Shown: positions 28,819-38,356, counted from the first letter of the stretch. The stretch is 63,561 nucleotides of DNA from Candidatus Nomurabacteria bacterium (GCA_023267275.1 JAHFNO010000004.1:1-63561); one strand, 5' to 3'. Notes: a model not told the origin generated them from the sequence alone. A program made the numbers and translations.

Positions 28819-28938
28819 GTGTCTAGTATAGCATCTCCCAAAAATTTTCAAAACTGCATTTTGGGTTCAATTCCTCATTCCTAATTCTCAATTCTTAATT
28901 GAATACGTAAAACAAAAGCTCCCGTTCGGGAGCTTTTT

Positions 28939-29064
28939 GTAAAACTTTTCTGGTTGGATGCAATGCTCCGAGCTGGACCGAGAGAATTTGAGAGCCGTAC
29001 TCGTTGTACGGTGAACAAATTCTCGAGGGAAGCTCAAGCAGTGCGCCAAGCCAAAAAGTTTTAC
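28939..29064. repeat. ~125-bp multi-stem palindromic element after khpA
   Basis: gtaaaactttt/aaaagttttac, gagct/agctc, gagaatttg/caaattctc, ccgtac-tcgtt-gtacgg nested pairings. Confidence 0.75.
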
Positions 29065-29375
29065 TACATGTTTTTAAGGTCTTCCATAGCCTCGTCAAAA
29101 CTAGCCTCAACACCAGCTGCTTTTGTTCCTCCTTCTGGTTCGTTGATTTTAAGATTTACGCGAGAATTGTTTTTCATTCCGATAACACGGAGAAGAGTTC
29201 GAATTGCTTTTGCTGTATTTCCCTGACGTCCGATGATTTTACCCATGTCGGCAGGATTTACGGTAAGCTTCACGAGAACACCCATTTCATCAACTGTTCG
29301 TTCGATTTTTACATCGTTCGGATTGTCGACAAGCGCTTTCACTACATATTCTAGAAATGTTACATCACCATCCAT
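29064..29375 (-). CDS. khpA: KH-domain RNA-binding protein KhpA
   Basis: LEYVVKALVDNP..DMGKIIGRQGNTAKAIRTLL; near rpsP. Confidence 0.92.
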   Translation of the reverse strand: MDGDVTFLEYVVKALVDNPNDVKIERTVDEMGVLVKLTVNPADMGKIIGRQGNTAKAIRTLLRVIGMKNNSRVNLKINEPEGGTKAAGVEASFDEAMEDLKNM

Positions 29376-29521
29376 AAAGATCTATCTGAATTAACTAAAT
29401 ATAATGTGCATTACTTCGACAGTAGTGCTTAGAAAATAGTATACTTGTTAATAAAAAATTTGCAAAATTGCATGTTGACTTCAACTCTAATATGAATTAC
29501 AGTTCAAAAAACACTAGCGTT

Positions 29522-30286
29522 ATGAGAACTAAACTTCTGTATTCGGATAGAGTACCAATACTTGAAAAAATAATTCGTTATGAACGAATTGAAAAAATGA
29601 TGTATAGAACAAATCTATATGTACACAAAGAGCGGATTATGGCGATGATACAAAATATGTATCCTTTCATAAGTAGAATATATCCCAAATTTAATCTCGA
29701 ACTTGCGCTTACTATCGCAGACTATCATGATGATATTGAGATTATTATTGGTGATATATCACTACAGCTAAAGCTACTTATGAACCAATCTGAAAAAGAA
29801 ATTCTGCAGGAAAAGGAAAAGATGGCAATAAAAAAGCTTTTGCCAATTTACCCAGATAAAATTGGTGAAGAAAAAAAATTCAAAACCAAAACTATCCTCG
29901 AAAAGGCTCATGAAAAAAATTGTCTTGAATCGCAATTCTGCTCGTTCGTTGATAAACTTGACGGAATGAATGAGGCGCTGCATGAAATTTTTGCCGGAAA
30001 TATCATTTTTCTAGAACCTGTAATAAATTATCTAACCAAAACGTTAGATAATACTGATCAGAAATTTTTTCTAATCAAAGAACTGTTCAAGTTAGACAAT
30101 CCGCTATTTTCATTCCCTGTTGTTAATCTATGTGACTATTTTGATAGTGGAAGAAAAATAGCTACACCACACACAAAAAAGAGTATTCTGACAAAAACAG
30201 GAATTCCACATTATGATTTTTGGCGAGAAGTGACAATCAGTAGATTTGGAAGCGACTTATTAACAAAACAAATTGAATTTCACTAA
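29522..30286 (+). CDS. HD-domain hydrolase (YfbR/HD_3-like)
   Basis: IRY..H..ADYHDDIEIIIGDI..E..VDKLD; AT-rich, inserted between khpA and rpsP on the opposite strand. Confidence 0.75.
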   Translation: MRTKLLYSDRVPILEKIIRYERIEKMMYRTNLYVHKERIMAMIQNMYPFISRIYPKFNLELALTIADYHDDIEIIIGDISLQLKLLMNQSEKEILQEKEKMAIKKLLPIYPDKIGEEKKFKTKTILEKAHEKNCLESQFCSFVDKLDGMNEALHEIFAGNIIFLEPVINYLTKTLDNTDQKFFLIKELFKLDNPLFSFPVVNLCDYFDSGRKIATPHTKKSILTKTGIPHYDFWREVTISRFGSDLLTKQIEFH

Positions 30287-30316
30287 TACCCTGCATTATG
30301 CGGGGTATTTTTATAC

Positions 30317-30357
30317 AATCAAAAAGCGAGCGACTTTGTCGCTCGCTTTTTGATTGT
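30317..30357. terminator. Bidirectional terminator after rpsP
   Basis: caatcaaaaagcgagcgac-ttt-gtcgctcgctttttgattg. Confidence 0.8.
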
Positions 30358-30363
30358 ACTACT

Positions 30364-30669
30364 TTAGGCTGCTTTAAGTTCCTTGCGCTTTTTTGTAGGA
30401 GATTTTCGTGAGAGAACATTCTTTTTCTTTCCTTCTACGATTCCTTTTGTAACGAGGAAGTTGTGTACTGTATCAGAAGGCTGTGCTCCAACACTGATCC
30501 AGTGCTTTACGCGGTCTTCCATGAGAGTAACTTCACCAGACTTAGGATTGTAAGAACCAAGAATTTCCTGGAATTTACCACTTTTTGCGGCATTTTTGTG
30601 GTCAGTCAAAACGACACGGAAATGTGCCTCGTTTTTGCGACCAATGCGTTGTAATCGGATCATTAACAT
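30364..30669 (-). CDS. rpsP: 30S ribosomal protein S16
   Basis: IRLQRIGRKN..FRVV..EILGSYNP..WISVGAQPSDTV. Confidence 0.96.
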   Translation of the reverse strand: MLMIRLQRIGRKNEAHFRVVLTDHKNAAKSGKFQEILGSYNPKSGEVTLMEDRVKHWISVGAQPSDTVHNFLVTKGIVEGKKKNVLSRKSPTKKRKELKAA

Positions 30670-30711
30670 ATGTACCGCCTATACTACCAAAAAATGAAAA
30701 AAAGGCAAGTC

Positions 30712-31116
30712 TTACTTGCCTTTTCCTTTAAAAATACGTTTTGAAACAAAATAGCTAATACAACTCAACACAATAGTGAGAACAAATTGAACGCCCATGT
30801 ACCAAAAATCATACACAGTTACGAACAAATACAAACAGACTGAATTTAGCAATAACAAAAAAATTCTTAGTGCAAAGTAGCTAAATAGATGTTTTTTAAT
30901 ATCAGCTTCTTTTTTATTTTGGAACGTCCAAAATCTTTGAAAAATAAAGTTTGATATCACATTCACTAAAAAACCAACGAGGGATGAGAACAGATACCAG
31001 ACATGCAGTTTTTCTGTAAGGAAATAAAGGATTACATAATTCAATCCGACTCCAACTCCACCAGAAATACAAAAGCGAATTATCTCATTGAGACGAGTTA
31101 TTTTTTTATCTTCCAT
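30712..31116 (-). CDS. GtrA-family membrane protein
   Basis: IRFCISGG..NFIFQRFWTF; 4 TM helices. Confidence 0.85.
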   Translation of the reverse strand: MEDKKITRLNEIIRFCISGGVGVGLNYVILYFLTEKLHVWYLFSSLVGFLVNVISNFIFQRFWTFQNKKEADIKKHLFSYFALRIFLLLLNSVCLYLFVTVYDFWYMGVQFVLTIVLSCISYFVSKRIFKGKGK

Positions 31117-31229
31117 GGAATGTAATTTAAATGTAATTTAAATTTACTTTATAACAATAGTGTAAAAAAGCAAGAAAAAACCCACTGTAAATTACAGTGG
31201 GGATAAAATTACTTATTTTTTTGTAACGT

Positions 31230-31745
31230 TTATGCCATAGTCTGCTTCATTGATATGATTCCCGGTATAAACAGTGTATTATGGATGAATCTACAAACTC
31301 TTCGATTGCTATCTTTCAAAGCAATATCATATAAATCGAAAATTTGTTGCTTACTCTGCTCATTTTTTTTTGCATAATTAACAATATAAGCTTCCAATTC
31401 CTTGGCAATCTCATCGCGCAAAAACTGAGAAGGTATTCTTCCTACATCTGAATACAAAATAAGATCATCATCAAAATCAGAGCTTTGTTTTTTTACAAGT
31501 CGTTCCTCTAAAATGTGACATGCGCAACTTTTGATACCCCAAGAGACATCTTCTACAATTCCATTATTCAGCCGACAAATATCGAGGGCTCCGCGCAAAG
31601 AATCCTGATACAAATTTACCCAAACATTGGATCGATCGTTATTGTTTTTAATTTGGCGTTTTAATTTTATACAACGACTAATAAGATATGCGTTGATAAT
31701 AACAATGACGAGAATGAGTGCGAGAGGTATTAATTCATTTTTCAT
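31230..31745 (-). CDS. Orphan membrane-anchored hypothetical protein
   Basis: N-terminal TM, 171 aa, terminator downstream. Confidence 0.6.
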   Translation of the reverse strand: MKNELIPLALILVIVIINAYLISRCIKLKRQIKNNNDRSNVWVNLYQDSLRGALDICRLNNGIVEDVSWGIKSCACHILEERLVKKQSSDFDDDLILYSDVGRIPSQFLRDEIAKELEAYIVNYAKKNEQSKQQIFDLYDIALKDSNRRVCRFIHNTLFIPGIISMKQTMA

Positions 31746-31827
31746 ATTCCTAATTTTTAAGTGAATTTTGTTTTTACTCTATAACATCCGTGTAAAAAGT
31801 CAACTAATCTGCTATAATCGAGGATAG

Positions 31828-33948
31828 ATGAAAAAACAACACAGAAAAGGAAAATTCGGCAACGGAAAGCCTGCACAGAAAAAGCAATATTCTTCCCCTG
31901 CTCCCACCACCCCTCAATCCCCTCCTGATTCAGCAGAATCACCTACTGGGTCAAGGCAAGGAGGGGAAGAAATACGACACAAGGGGGAGAAAAATACAAA
32001 TTCAAAATTCATCGAGGGTACTTTTGTCGTGCTTGGTCGTGGTGGTGGAATCGTAAAATGCGAAGAATATAAAGATGGTATTCGTGTTTATGAAGAAAAT
32101 GTAAACACGGCCCTCCATGGCGACGAAGTCAAAGTAAAAGTTATCGGCAAACGACCGTCAGAAACGGTTGGTGCCATCACTGCAATAACACTGCGTACAA
32201 AAACAGAATTTACTGGCGTGCTTATGGTAAACAACGGCACGTATTTTTTGAAAGCTTCCGATCCAAAGATGTATGCAAAGATAGCAATCGACAAAGCTGA
32301 CCTCGGCGGTGCCAAAGTCGGAGAGCGTGTGTATGTCGCCATGAATCCATGGAACAACGCCCGTCAAAATCCAACCGGAAAAGTAATCAAGGTGCTTGGT
32401 GTTCCCGGTGAACACGAGACGGAAATGGAAGCCATTGCACTTGAGCGTGGATTCACGGAAGAATTTCCTGAGGAAGTAATTGCCGAAGCAAAAATAATTG
32501 ATGCACGCGGTATCACCGCCGAGGACTTGCGCGACCGCAGAGATTTTCGAAAAATTGTTACCTTCACTATCGACCCGTACGATGCAAAAGATTTTGACGA
32601 TGCGATTTCAGTAGAAACACTCGCAAATGGAAACACAGAAATCGGTATTCATATTGCCGATGTGTCGCACTATGTACAACTCAAAACCGAACTCGATCGC
32701 GAAGCACTCGAACGCGGAACTTCCGTGTATCTTGTCGATCGTACAATTCCAATGCTTCCTCGTGTTCTCTCCGACGATCTCTGTTCCCTGCTTCCCCATG
32801 TCGATCGACTCACCATGAGTGCAGTCATCACATTCGGTGCAGATGGTACTGAAAAAAGTGCGTGGTTTGGTCCTACAGTGATTCACTCTGCAGAACGCTT
32901 CACGTATGAATCTGCACAAGAAGTGATCGATGGCGCTCCGCACAAATACAAAGAAGAACTCATGACGGCCGCGCGCATAGCGCGCGGCCTCGGAAAGAAT
33001 CGTGTAGCCGAAGGCGCACTCATTCTTGAACAAGAAGAAATCAAAGTACTCATCGATGAAAACGGTCGTCCAACAAAAATTGTAAAAAAAGTTCGTACCG
33101 AAAGTCACACACTCATTGAAGAACTCATGTTGCTTGCAAACCGCCGCATTGCAGAATTTTTGGAGCGCGGTGGCCGGACGAAAAAGCTTACACCAAACAC
33201 CAAAAACCAAACACCAGGCGATGCGGAGCACGCCGTAATCTATCGTATTCACGATCAACCAAGTTTTGAAAAAGCAGAAGACCTCGCATTTTTCATGCGC
33301 TCAGTGGGACACCCAATAACCTTGCGCAAAGATGGCTCTATCGATCCAAAAGCACTTGTTGCAACACTTGCAAAACTTGAGAATGGCGACTTAAAACAAA
33401 CGATTCTCACATTCGTCATTCGCTCGATGGCAAAAGCTGTGTACACAACAAAAAATATCGGCCACTACGGATTGCAGTTTGCACATTACACGCATTTTAC
33501 TTCGCCAATTCGCCGTTACCCTGACCTCGTCATTCATCGTCTCCTCCGCTATGCGCTTGCTGGCAAGCCTGCACCTGCATCACTCCGCAAACAATACGAA
33601 CGAATTTCTCGTCTGTGTTCGATGGCCGAAATGCGCGCCGCAGAAGCAGAACGTGAAAGTGTAAAATTTAAACTCACAGAATTTATGGCGACAAAAGTGG
33701 GCGAAACAATCACTGGAATGATTACTGGTGTCACTGAATGGGGTCTCTACGTGCGCGACAAAGAAACAACTGCTGAAGGACTTGTCGGACTTCGTTCGAT
33801 GAGTAGCGAAACATTCATCGTCAATCCAAAACTTGCGACAATGACTGGGGAAATCTCAAAAAAATCATATCGAATCGGTGATACAATACAAGTACGAATT
33901 GTTCGAGCCGATCCAGAACGAAGACAGATTGATTATGAACTTGTCTAA
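31828..33948 (+). CDS. rnr: Ribonuclease R (RNB family) with repeat-derived insertions
   Basis: TIDPYDAKDFDDAIS, HIADVSHYV, YTHFTSPIRRYPDL, C-terminal S1. Confidence 0.95.
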   Translation: MKKQHRKGKFGNGKPAQKKQYSSPAPTTPQSPPDSAESPTGSRQGGEEIRHKGEKNTNSKFIEGTFVVLGRGGGIVKCEEYKDGIRVYEENVNTALHGDEVKVKVIGKRPSETVGAITAITLRTKTEFTGVLMVNNGTYFLKASDPKMYAKIAIDKADLGGAKVGERVYVAMNPWNNARQNPTGKVIKVLGVPGEHETEMEAIALERGFTEEFPEEVIAEAKIIDARGITAEDLRDRRDFRKIVTFTIDPYDAKDFDDAISVETLANGNTEIGIHIADVSHYVQLKTELDREALERGTSVYLVDRTIPMLPRVLSDDLCSLLPHVDRLTMSAVITFGADGTEKSAWFGPTVIHSAERFTYESAQEVIDGAPHKYKEELMTAARIARGLGKNRVAEGALILEQEEIKVLIDENGRPTKIVKKVRTESHTLIEELMLLANRRIAEFLERGGRTKKLTPNTKNQTPGDAEHAVIYRIHDQPSFEKAEDLAFFMRSVGHPITLRKDGSIDPKALVATLAKLENGDLKQTILTFVIRSMAKAVYTTKNIGHYGLQFAHYTHFTSPIRRYPDLVIHRLLRYALAGKPAPASLRKQYERISRLCSMAEMRAAEAERESVKFKLTEFMATKVGETITGMITGVTEWGLYVRDKETTAEGLVGLRSMSSETFIVNPKLATMTGEISKKSYRIGDTIQVRIVRADPERRQIDYELV

Positions 33949-33949
33949 C

Positions 33950-34070
33950 AAGTTCATAATCGAGTTTATAAAGTAAAAAGTTCATAAAGTTTTTAAAGTA
34001 AACTCAAAATCATTGTGTTCGGAATGTATATGACTTTATAAACTTTACGAACTTTATAAACTTTTAACTT
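33950..34070. repeat. Inverted pair of AAAGTT/AACTTT ~9-mer arrays between the rnr stop and the capA-like start (empty site)
   Basis: aagttcataatcgagtttataaagtaaaaagttcataaagtttttaaagt ... gactttataaactttacgaactttataaacttttaactt. Confidence 0.85.
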
Positions 34071-34072
34071 GT

Positions 34073-35104
34073 ATGAAATCTCACAACGACAAAGAACTCT
34101 TATTTAGTCTTGTGTTCATCACGCTTCTTGCCGGTCTCGGCGGAAGTTATTTTGAGCGCAATCCGATTCATTTTTCAAACACAAACGACATCAATTCTGC
34201 CGCAGCAATTCTTGCCACAGAACAAAATCTTGCACCGACTATAACAACAAGACCAGTAACGCTCGGATTTGTCGGTGACATCATGCTCGATCGCGGAATC
34301 AAAGCATCTGTCATTCGCAATTTTGGTGGCGACTACAACAAGATGTTTACAAAAAGTGATTTCCTCAAAGTTCCCGACATTACTTTTGCCAATCTTGAAG
34401 GACCAGTATCAAACAAAGGCACCGACCAACACAATCTGTATTCATTTCGCATGGATCCAAGTATTATTCCCGCAATCAAAAATGCAGGGATCGATGTAGT
34501 GAGTTTTGCCAACAATCATGTGGGCGATTATGGACGCGAAGCATTTGAAGATTCACTCACCCGTCTACACAATGCAGGTATTCTCACTTGTGGTGCTGGT
34601 ATGAATCGCACCGAAGCAGAAACTCCTGCAATAGTGAGTCAAAACAATTTTTCTGTTGGATACCTTTGTTTTTCCGATGTTGGACCGGACACGATGGCAG
34701 TCAGCAACACACAAAGCGGAATCCTCCTCACGAGCGATCCCGATTTTGATTCAATCATTCAAAAAGCATCGCAAAAAGTAAGTGCGCTCATTGTCTCATT
34801 CCATTTTGGAATCGAATATCAAACAACACATACCGTGCGACAAGAAGATCTCGCGAATCGTGCAATCAACGATGGCGCAGCGATGATTGTAGGAGCACAT
34901 CCACACGTACCAGAAGATATTGGTAGTCTGAACGGCGCACCTATTTTCTACAGTCTCGGTAATTTTATTTTTGATCAACCATTTTCAAAAGAAACAATGG
35001 GTGGATTATTTATCACAGCAAAAATACAAAACAAAACGGTTTCAGATATTATTTCCCACACTATTGAACTCAATAAAAACTTTGTTCCTTCACTTGTGCA
35101 ATAA
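34073..35104 (+). CDS. CapA/PGA_cap family metallophosphatase
   Basis: FVGDIML, ANLEG, ANNHVGDYG, FHFGIEY, GAHPHV, YSLGNFIFDQ. Confidence 0.9.
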   Translation: MKSHNDKELLFSLVFITLLAGLGGSYFERNPIHFSNTNDINSAAAILATEQNLAPTITTRPVTLGFVGDIMLDRGIKASVIRNFGGDYNKMFTKSDFLKVPDITFANLEGPVSNKGTDQHNLYSFRMDPSIIPAIKNAGIDVVSFANNHVGDYGREAFEDSLTRLHNAGILTCGAGMNRTEAETPAIVSQNNFSVGYLCFSDVGPDTMAVSNTQSGILLTSDPDFDSIIQKASQKVSALIVSFHFGIEYQTTHTVRQEDLANRAINDGAAMIVGAHPHVPEDIGSLNGAPIFYSLGNFIFDQPFSKETMGGLFITAKIQNKTVSDIISHTIELNKNFVPSLVQ

Positions 35105-35153
35105 AAAATCCCCCGAGTTTTACCGGGGGATTTAAATTCACATTGGCTTTCTT

Positions 35154-35849
35154 TTATTTTTTTACTTCTTCAGCTCCTTGTGCTGGCGGTTGCGTTGCCG
35201 GGGCCGGTGCTGCAGGTGCATTTGCTCCTTCAACAGGTTTACCCGTCTTAAACGCCATAACCTCGTGACCATGACGATAATAGAACTTACCGCCTGATTC
35301 AGATTTCTGCATCTGCGTCATAATTTTTACTACATCATCCTCGTCAAATGAGGGCTCCTTATGTCCAAAATCAATTGGCACGGGAGCCGGTCCATGGTAG
35401 TGATGATGTGTATCACCACCGGTAGTACATGCAGGAGCAACCGGCCTGCGCGGACTAGTATACCAACGGCGCAAACCAACAAAAATTACACCAGCAATTC
35501 CTAAAAGCACACATAGCATAAACCAATTAAACCACCAGGGAGAATCGGTCATAAATGTTGGCCAATGATAAGGCACTGGTGGTATCGCATTATAGTAGCC
35601 ATGAGCATTAAGCTCATCATTGGTTACGTTAATGCTTATCGGATCTTTCGTGTGATCCCAGCCGGTGATCCTTTCTGCTCCGGTCAACCACGCATGGTGC
35701 GTACAAGTGATCGTGGCAGTACGCGGAATATCTTTATCCACATACACGGTTTTGCTTACTCCGGAACCACTGGTCACGGTTTGGGCGTTAACAAATGCGC
35801 TACAAGCCAACAAGGCGAGCGATGCAATAATTGTTACAAATTTTTTCAT
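35154..35849 (-). CDS. Secreted/membrane hypothetical protein
   Basis: Signal peptide, internal TM, Pro/Ala-rich tail. Confidence 0.6.
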   Translation of the reverse strand: MKKFVTIIASLALLACSAFVNAQTVTSGSGVSKTVYVDKDIPRTATITCTHHAWLTGAERITGWDHTKDPISINVTNDELNAHGYYNAIPPVPYHWPTFMTDSPWWFNWFMLCVLLGIAGVIFVGLRRWYTSPRRPVAPACTTGGDTHHHYHGPAPVPIDFGHKEPSFDEDDVVKIMTQMQKSESGGKFYYRHGHEVMAFKTGKPVEGANAPAAPAPATQPPAQGAEEVKK

Positions 35850-36026
35850 AATACCAGTTTTAAGAGCGGTTTTTTAGCTCCCCCAAAAGTCATGCAACTT
35901 CTCGGGGAGCTAAAAAAGACTCGTCAACTGATATATTTTTCAAGCTTTCAAATTCACGTGTATAATAGCATATTATAATACAGTTGTCAAGCAAAAAGAG
36001 CCTTTATTTATAAGGCTTTTGGGCGG

Positions 36027-36057
36027 ACTTTTGACTTTTAACTTTACACTTTAAACT
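36027..36057. repeat. Heptamer array (ACTTTnn) downstream of smc
   Basis: gacttttgacttttaactttacactttaaact. Confidence 0.7.
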
Positions 36058-36079
36058 AGCAAAATAGCCCCTTCAAGGG

Positions 36080-38314
36080 CTATTTTGCTATCTGTACTGC
36101 TTCTTCGAATTTAATTGAGAGGAGTTTTGAGGCACCTTCGATGCCCATGGTGACTCCGTAGAGCACTTGAGCTCGAGACATTGTCTCTCGATTGTGTGTG
36201 ACCACAATGAGCTTTGAGTGTTTTGAAAGATGTGTGAGCATGTCGCCGTACTTACGAGAATTTGCTTCGTCGAGCGCAGCATCGGTCTCGTCGAGCACAA
36301 GAAATGGTGGCGGATTGACCTGACTCATCGCAAAGAGAAGTGCAATGGAGATCAGCGAACGTTCTCCACCTGAGAGCATCTGCAAGTCACGCACTTTCTT
36401 GTGTGGAAGATTTACGTTGATCTCAATCCCGTGTTCAAAAGGCAAAGAATCTTCATCCTCGCTTCCCTCTTCCTCGTCACGTGGTCGACGATGTTCTACG
36501 ATAATTGAAAGAAATGCATTTCCACCACCGAACATCAGTTTGAAAAAATCACTAAATTGAATATTTATTTTTTCAATTCCTTCTTTGAAAGTACGTTCAA
36601 TGGTGTCGCGCAAATCGTGAATGAGTTCACGGAGCGACGCAATACTTGCTTCGATATCGACAAGTTCTTTTGCCAAAAATGCGTCACGATCTTTTGTCTC
36701 TTCGTATTCTTTAATCACCTCACTACCACTCGCTGCACCAGCATCTTCAAGTTTGATTTTGATACGTTCGAGCTTGCGATAGAGTGCTTCGCGTTCTACC
36801 GTTTTTTCTGGGGTATCAGCCTCTGTATTTTTTTCTGAAGATGGGACAAAGGCACTACCGATAAGCGCATGGGCTTCGCGTGTCATCTCAGAAAAAATAG
36901 CTGTGCGTCGTGCAAGATTTTCTCGACGCAGTGCACATTCACGCAACATTCCTTCGAGAGTGGCGCGACGAGCGACGCCAGCATAGGCATCGCGTTCCTG
37001 CTCGCGAGTTTCCTTTTCGATTGTTGCGAGTTTTTCGCGAGCAATCTGCATTTGTTCTCGCACTTTCGAAATTGCTGCATCAATATCGTGCAAACGCTTT
37101 TCCAAGAGAGCTCGCTCACCTTCAATGCGTGCGCGAATATCAGATTGATCTACTGGTTCATGTTTTTGTGATTTAAGAGAATCGGTAAATGCCGACAATT
37201 TTTGCTTCATTGATGCGAGTGCCATTCGTACTGCTTCCATCGAATCAACCGTCTCCGCATTTTCGATTGCAAAAATAATGTCAGCACAAATTGTTTGTAC
37301 GCGCCCCACTGATACACTCGTCACGCCAGGTGTTTCGGTTACAACAGAAGTGAGCGCATCGAGTTTTCCTTCAATACGTCCAATGGTACGAGAGAGTTCT
37401 TCACGTTCTTGAAAAAGTTTTGATTGATCTTGCTCAAGCGTTCGAATTACACCAAATACTACATTGCGCGCTTGGTCATGCTCTTGATTTGATTCTGTGG
37501 TAGCAACTTCGGGAATACCAGCGAGTTCGGTTTTAATTGTTCGCTCCTCGTTTCCAAGAGCGTGTTCGGCAAAAGCGATCGATCCAGATTCGAGCGAAGC
37601 ATATTCGTTGAATAGCCCGGCAAATTCTTGTCGGAGTTCTTCAGTCTTTTGAATTTTTTCTACTTGTTTACTGAGAAATGTAAGATGTGGTGCAAGCTCA
37701 CGGCGAAGTGCTTGGACTTCTTTCATATTCGCAGCGGTTTTTTCCAGCTTGCGTTCACTTTCGCGGATACGAAGCTGATACACTTTAAGACCGAGCGCAT
37801 CTTCAATCATTCCACGACGATCCTTTGCAGATGCAGTAAGTAGTCGATCGGCCTCGCCCTGAGAAATAATATGGTGTCCAGACGCGCCAATATTCACCGA
37901 GCCAAGAAGCTCGGTGATGTCTTTCAAACGCACATTGGTGCCGTTGATAGAATAGTTTGAAGCGCCGTCGGATGTAACCTCGCGTGCGAGTGTAATTTCG
38001 TCGAATGAAAGATCGGCGGCAGAACCCGCAGAACTCGAGAAGGCAAATTTTCGATCGGCATTGTCAAACGAAATCGCAACACGAGCCTTGTTTCCAGCAG
38101 GAAGCAATTTTGAACCTTTCCAAATGAGATCACTCGAACCTTTTCCACGAAGTGATTTCATTGATTGTTCGCCGAGTACGTAGCGAATCGATTCCACAAC
38201 GTTGGATTTTCCAGAACCGTTCGGTCCAACAATTGCAGTAATGGGCGTATCAAAAGACAGCGTTGTTTTTTTCGCAAATGATTTGAACCCGCTGATTTCT
38301 ATTTTTTTTAACAT
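36080..38314 (-). CDS. smc: Short SMC-family ATPase (744 aa)
   Basis: GFKSF, GPNGSGKSNV, LSGGERSL, LDETDAALDEAN, VTH. Confidence 0.88.
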   Translation of the reverse strand: MLKKIEISGFKSFAKKTTLSFDTPITAIVGPNGSGKSNVVESIRYVLGEQSMKSLRGKGSSDLIWKGSKLLPAGNKARVAISFDNADRKFAFSSSAGSAADLSFDEITLAREVTSDGASNYSINGTNVRLKDITELLGSVNIGASGHHIISQGEADRLLTASAKDRRGMIEDALGLKVYQLRIRESERKLEKTAANMKEVQALRRELAPHLTFLSKQVEKIQKTEELRQEFAGLFNEYASLESGSIAFAEHALGNEERTIKTELAGIPEVATTESNQEHDQARNVVFGVIRTLEQDQSKLFQEREELSRTIGRIEGKLDALTSVVTETPGVTSVSVGRVQTICADIIFAIENAETVDSMEAVRMALASMKQKLSAFTDSLKSQKHEPVDQSDIRARIEGERALLEKRLHDIDAAISKVREQMQIAREKLATIEKETREQERDAYAGVARRATLEGMLRECALRRENLARRTAIFSEMTREAHALIGSAFVPSSEKNTEADTPEKTVEREALYRKLERIKIKLEDAGAASGSEVIKEYEETKDRDAFLAKELVDIEASIASLRELIHDLRDTIERTFKEGIEKINIQFSDFFKLMFGGGNAFLSIIVEHRRPRDEEEGSEDEDSLPFEHGIEINVNLPHKKVRDLQMLSGGERSLISIALLFAMSQVNPPPFLVLDETDAALDEANSRKYGDMLTHLSKHSKLIVVTHNRETMSRAQVLYGVTMGIEGASKLLSIKFEEAVQIAK

Positions 38315-38317
38315 TAG

Positions 38318-38356
38318 AAGTTGAAAGTTCGTAAAGTTTATAAAGTTCGTAAAGTC
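38318..38356. repeat. 9-mer array overlapping the 3' end of the four-helix-bundle gene
   Basis: aagttgaaagttcgtaaagtttataaagttcgtaaagtc. Confidence 0.85.

Noticed and set aside
28895..29354. ORFs 28895-29113, 28954-29226 and 29004-29354
   Set aside because: They overlap khpA and a palindromic element; likely spurious.
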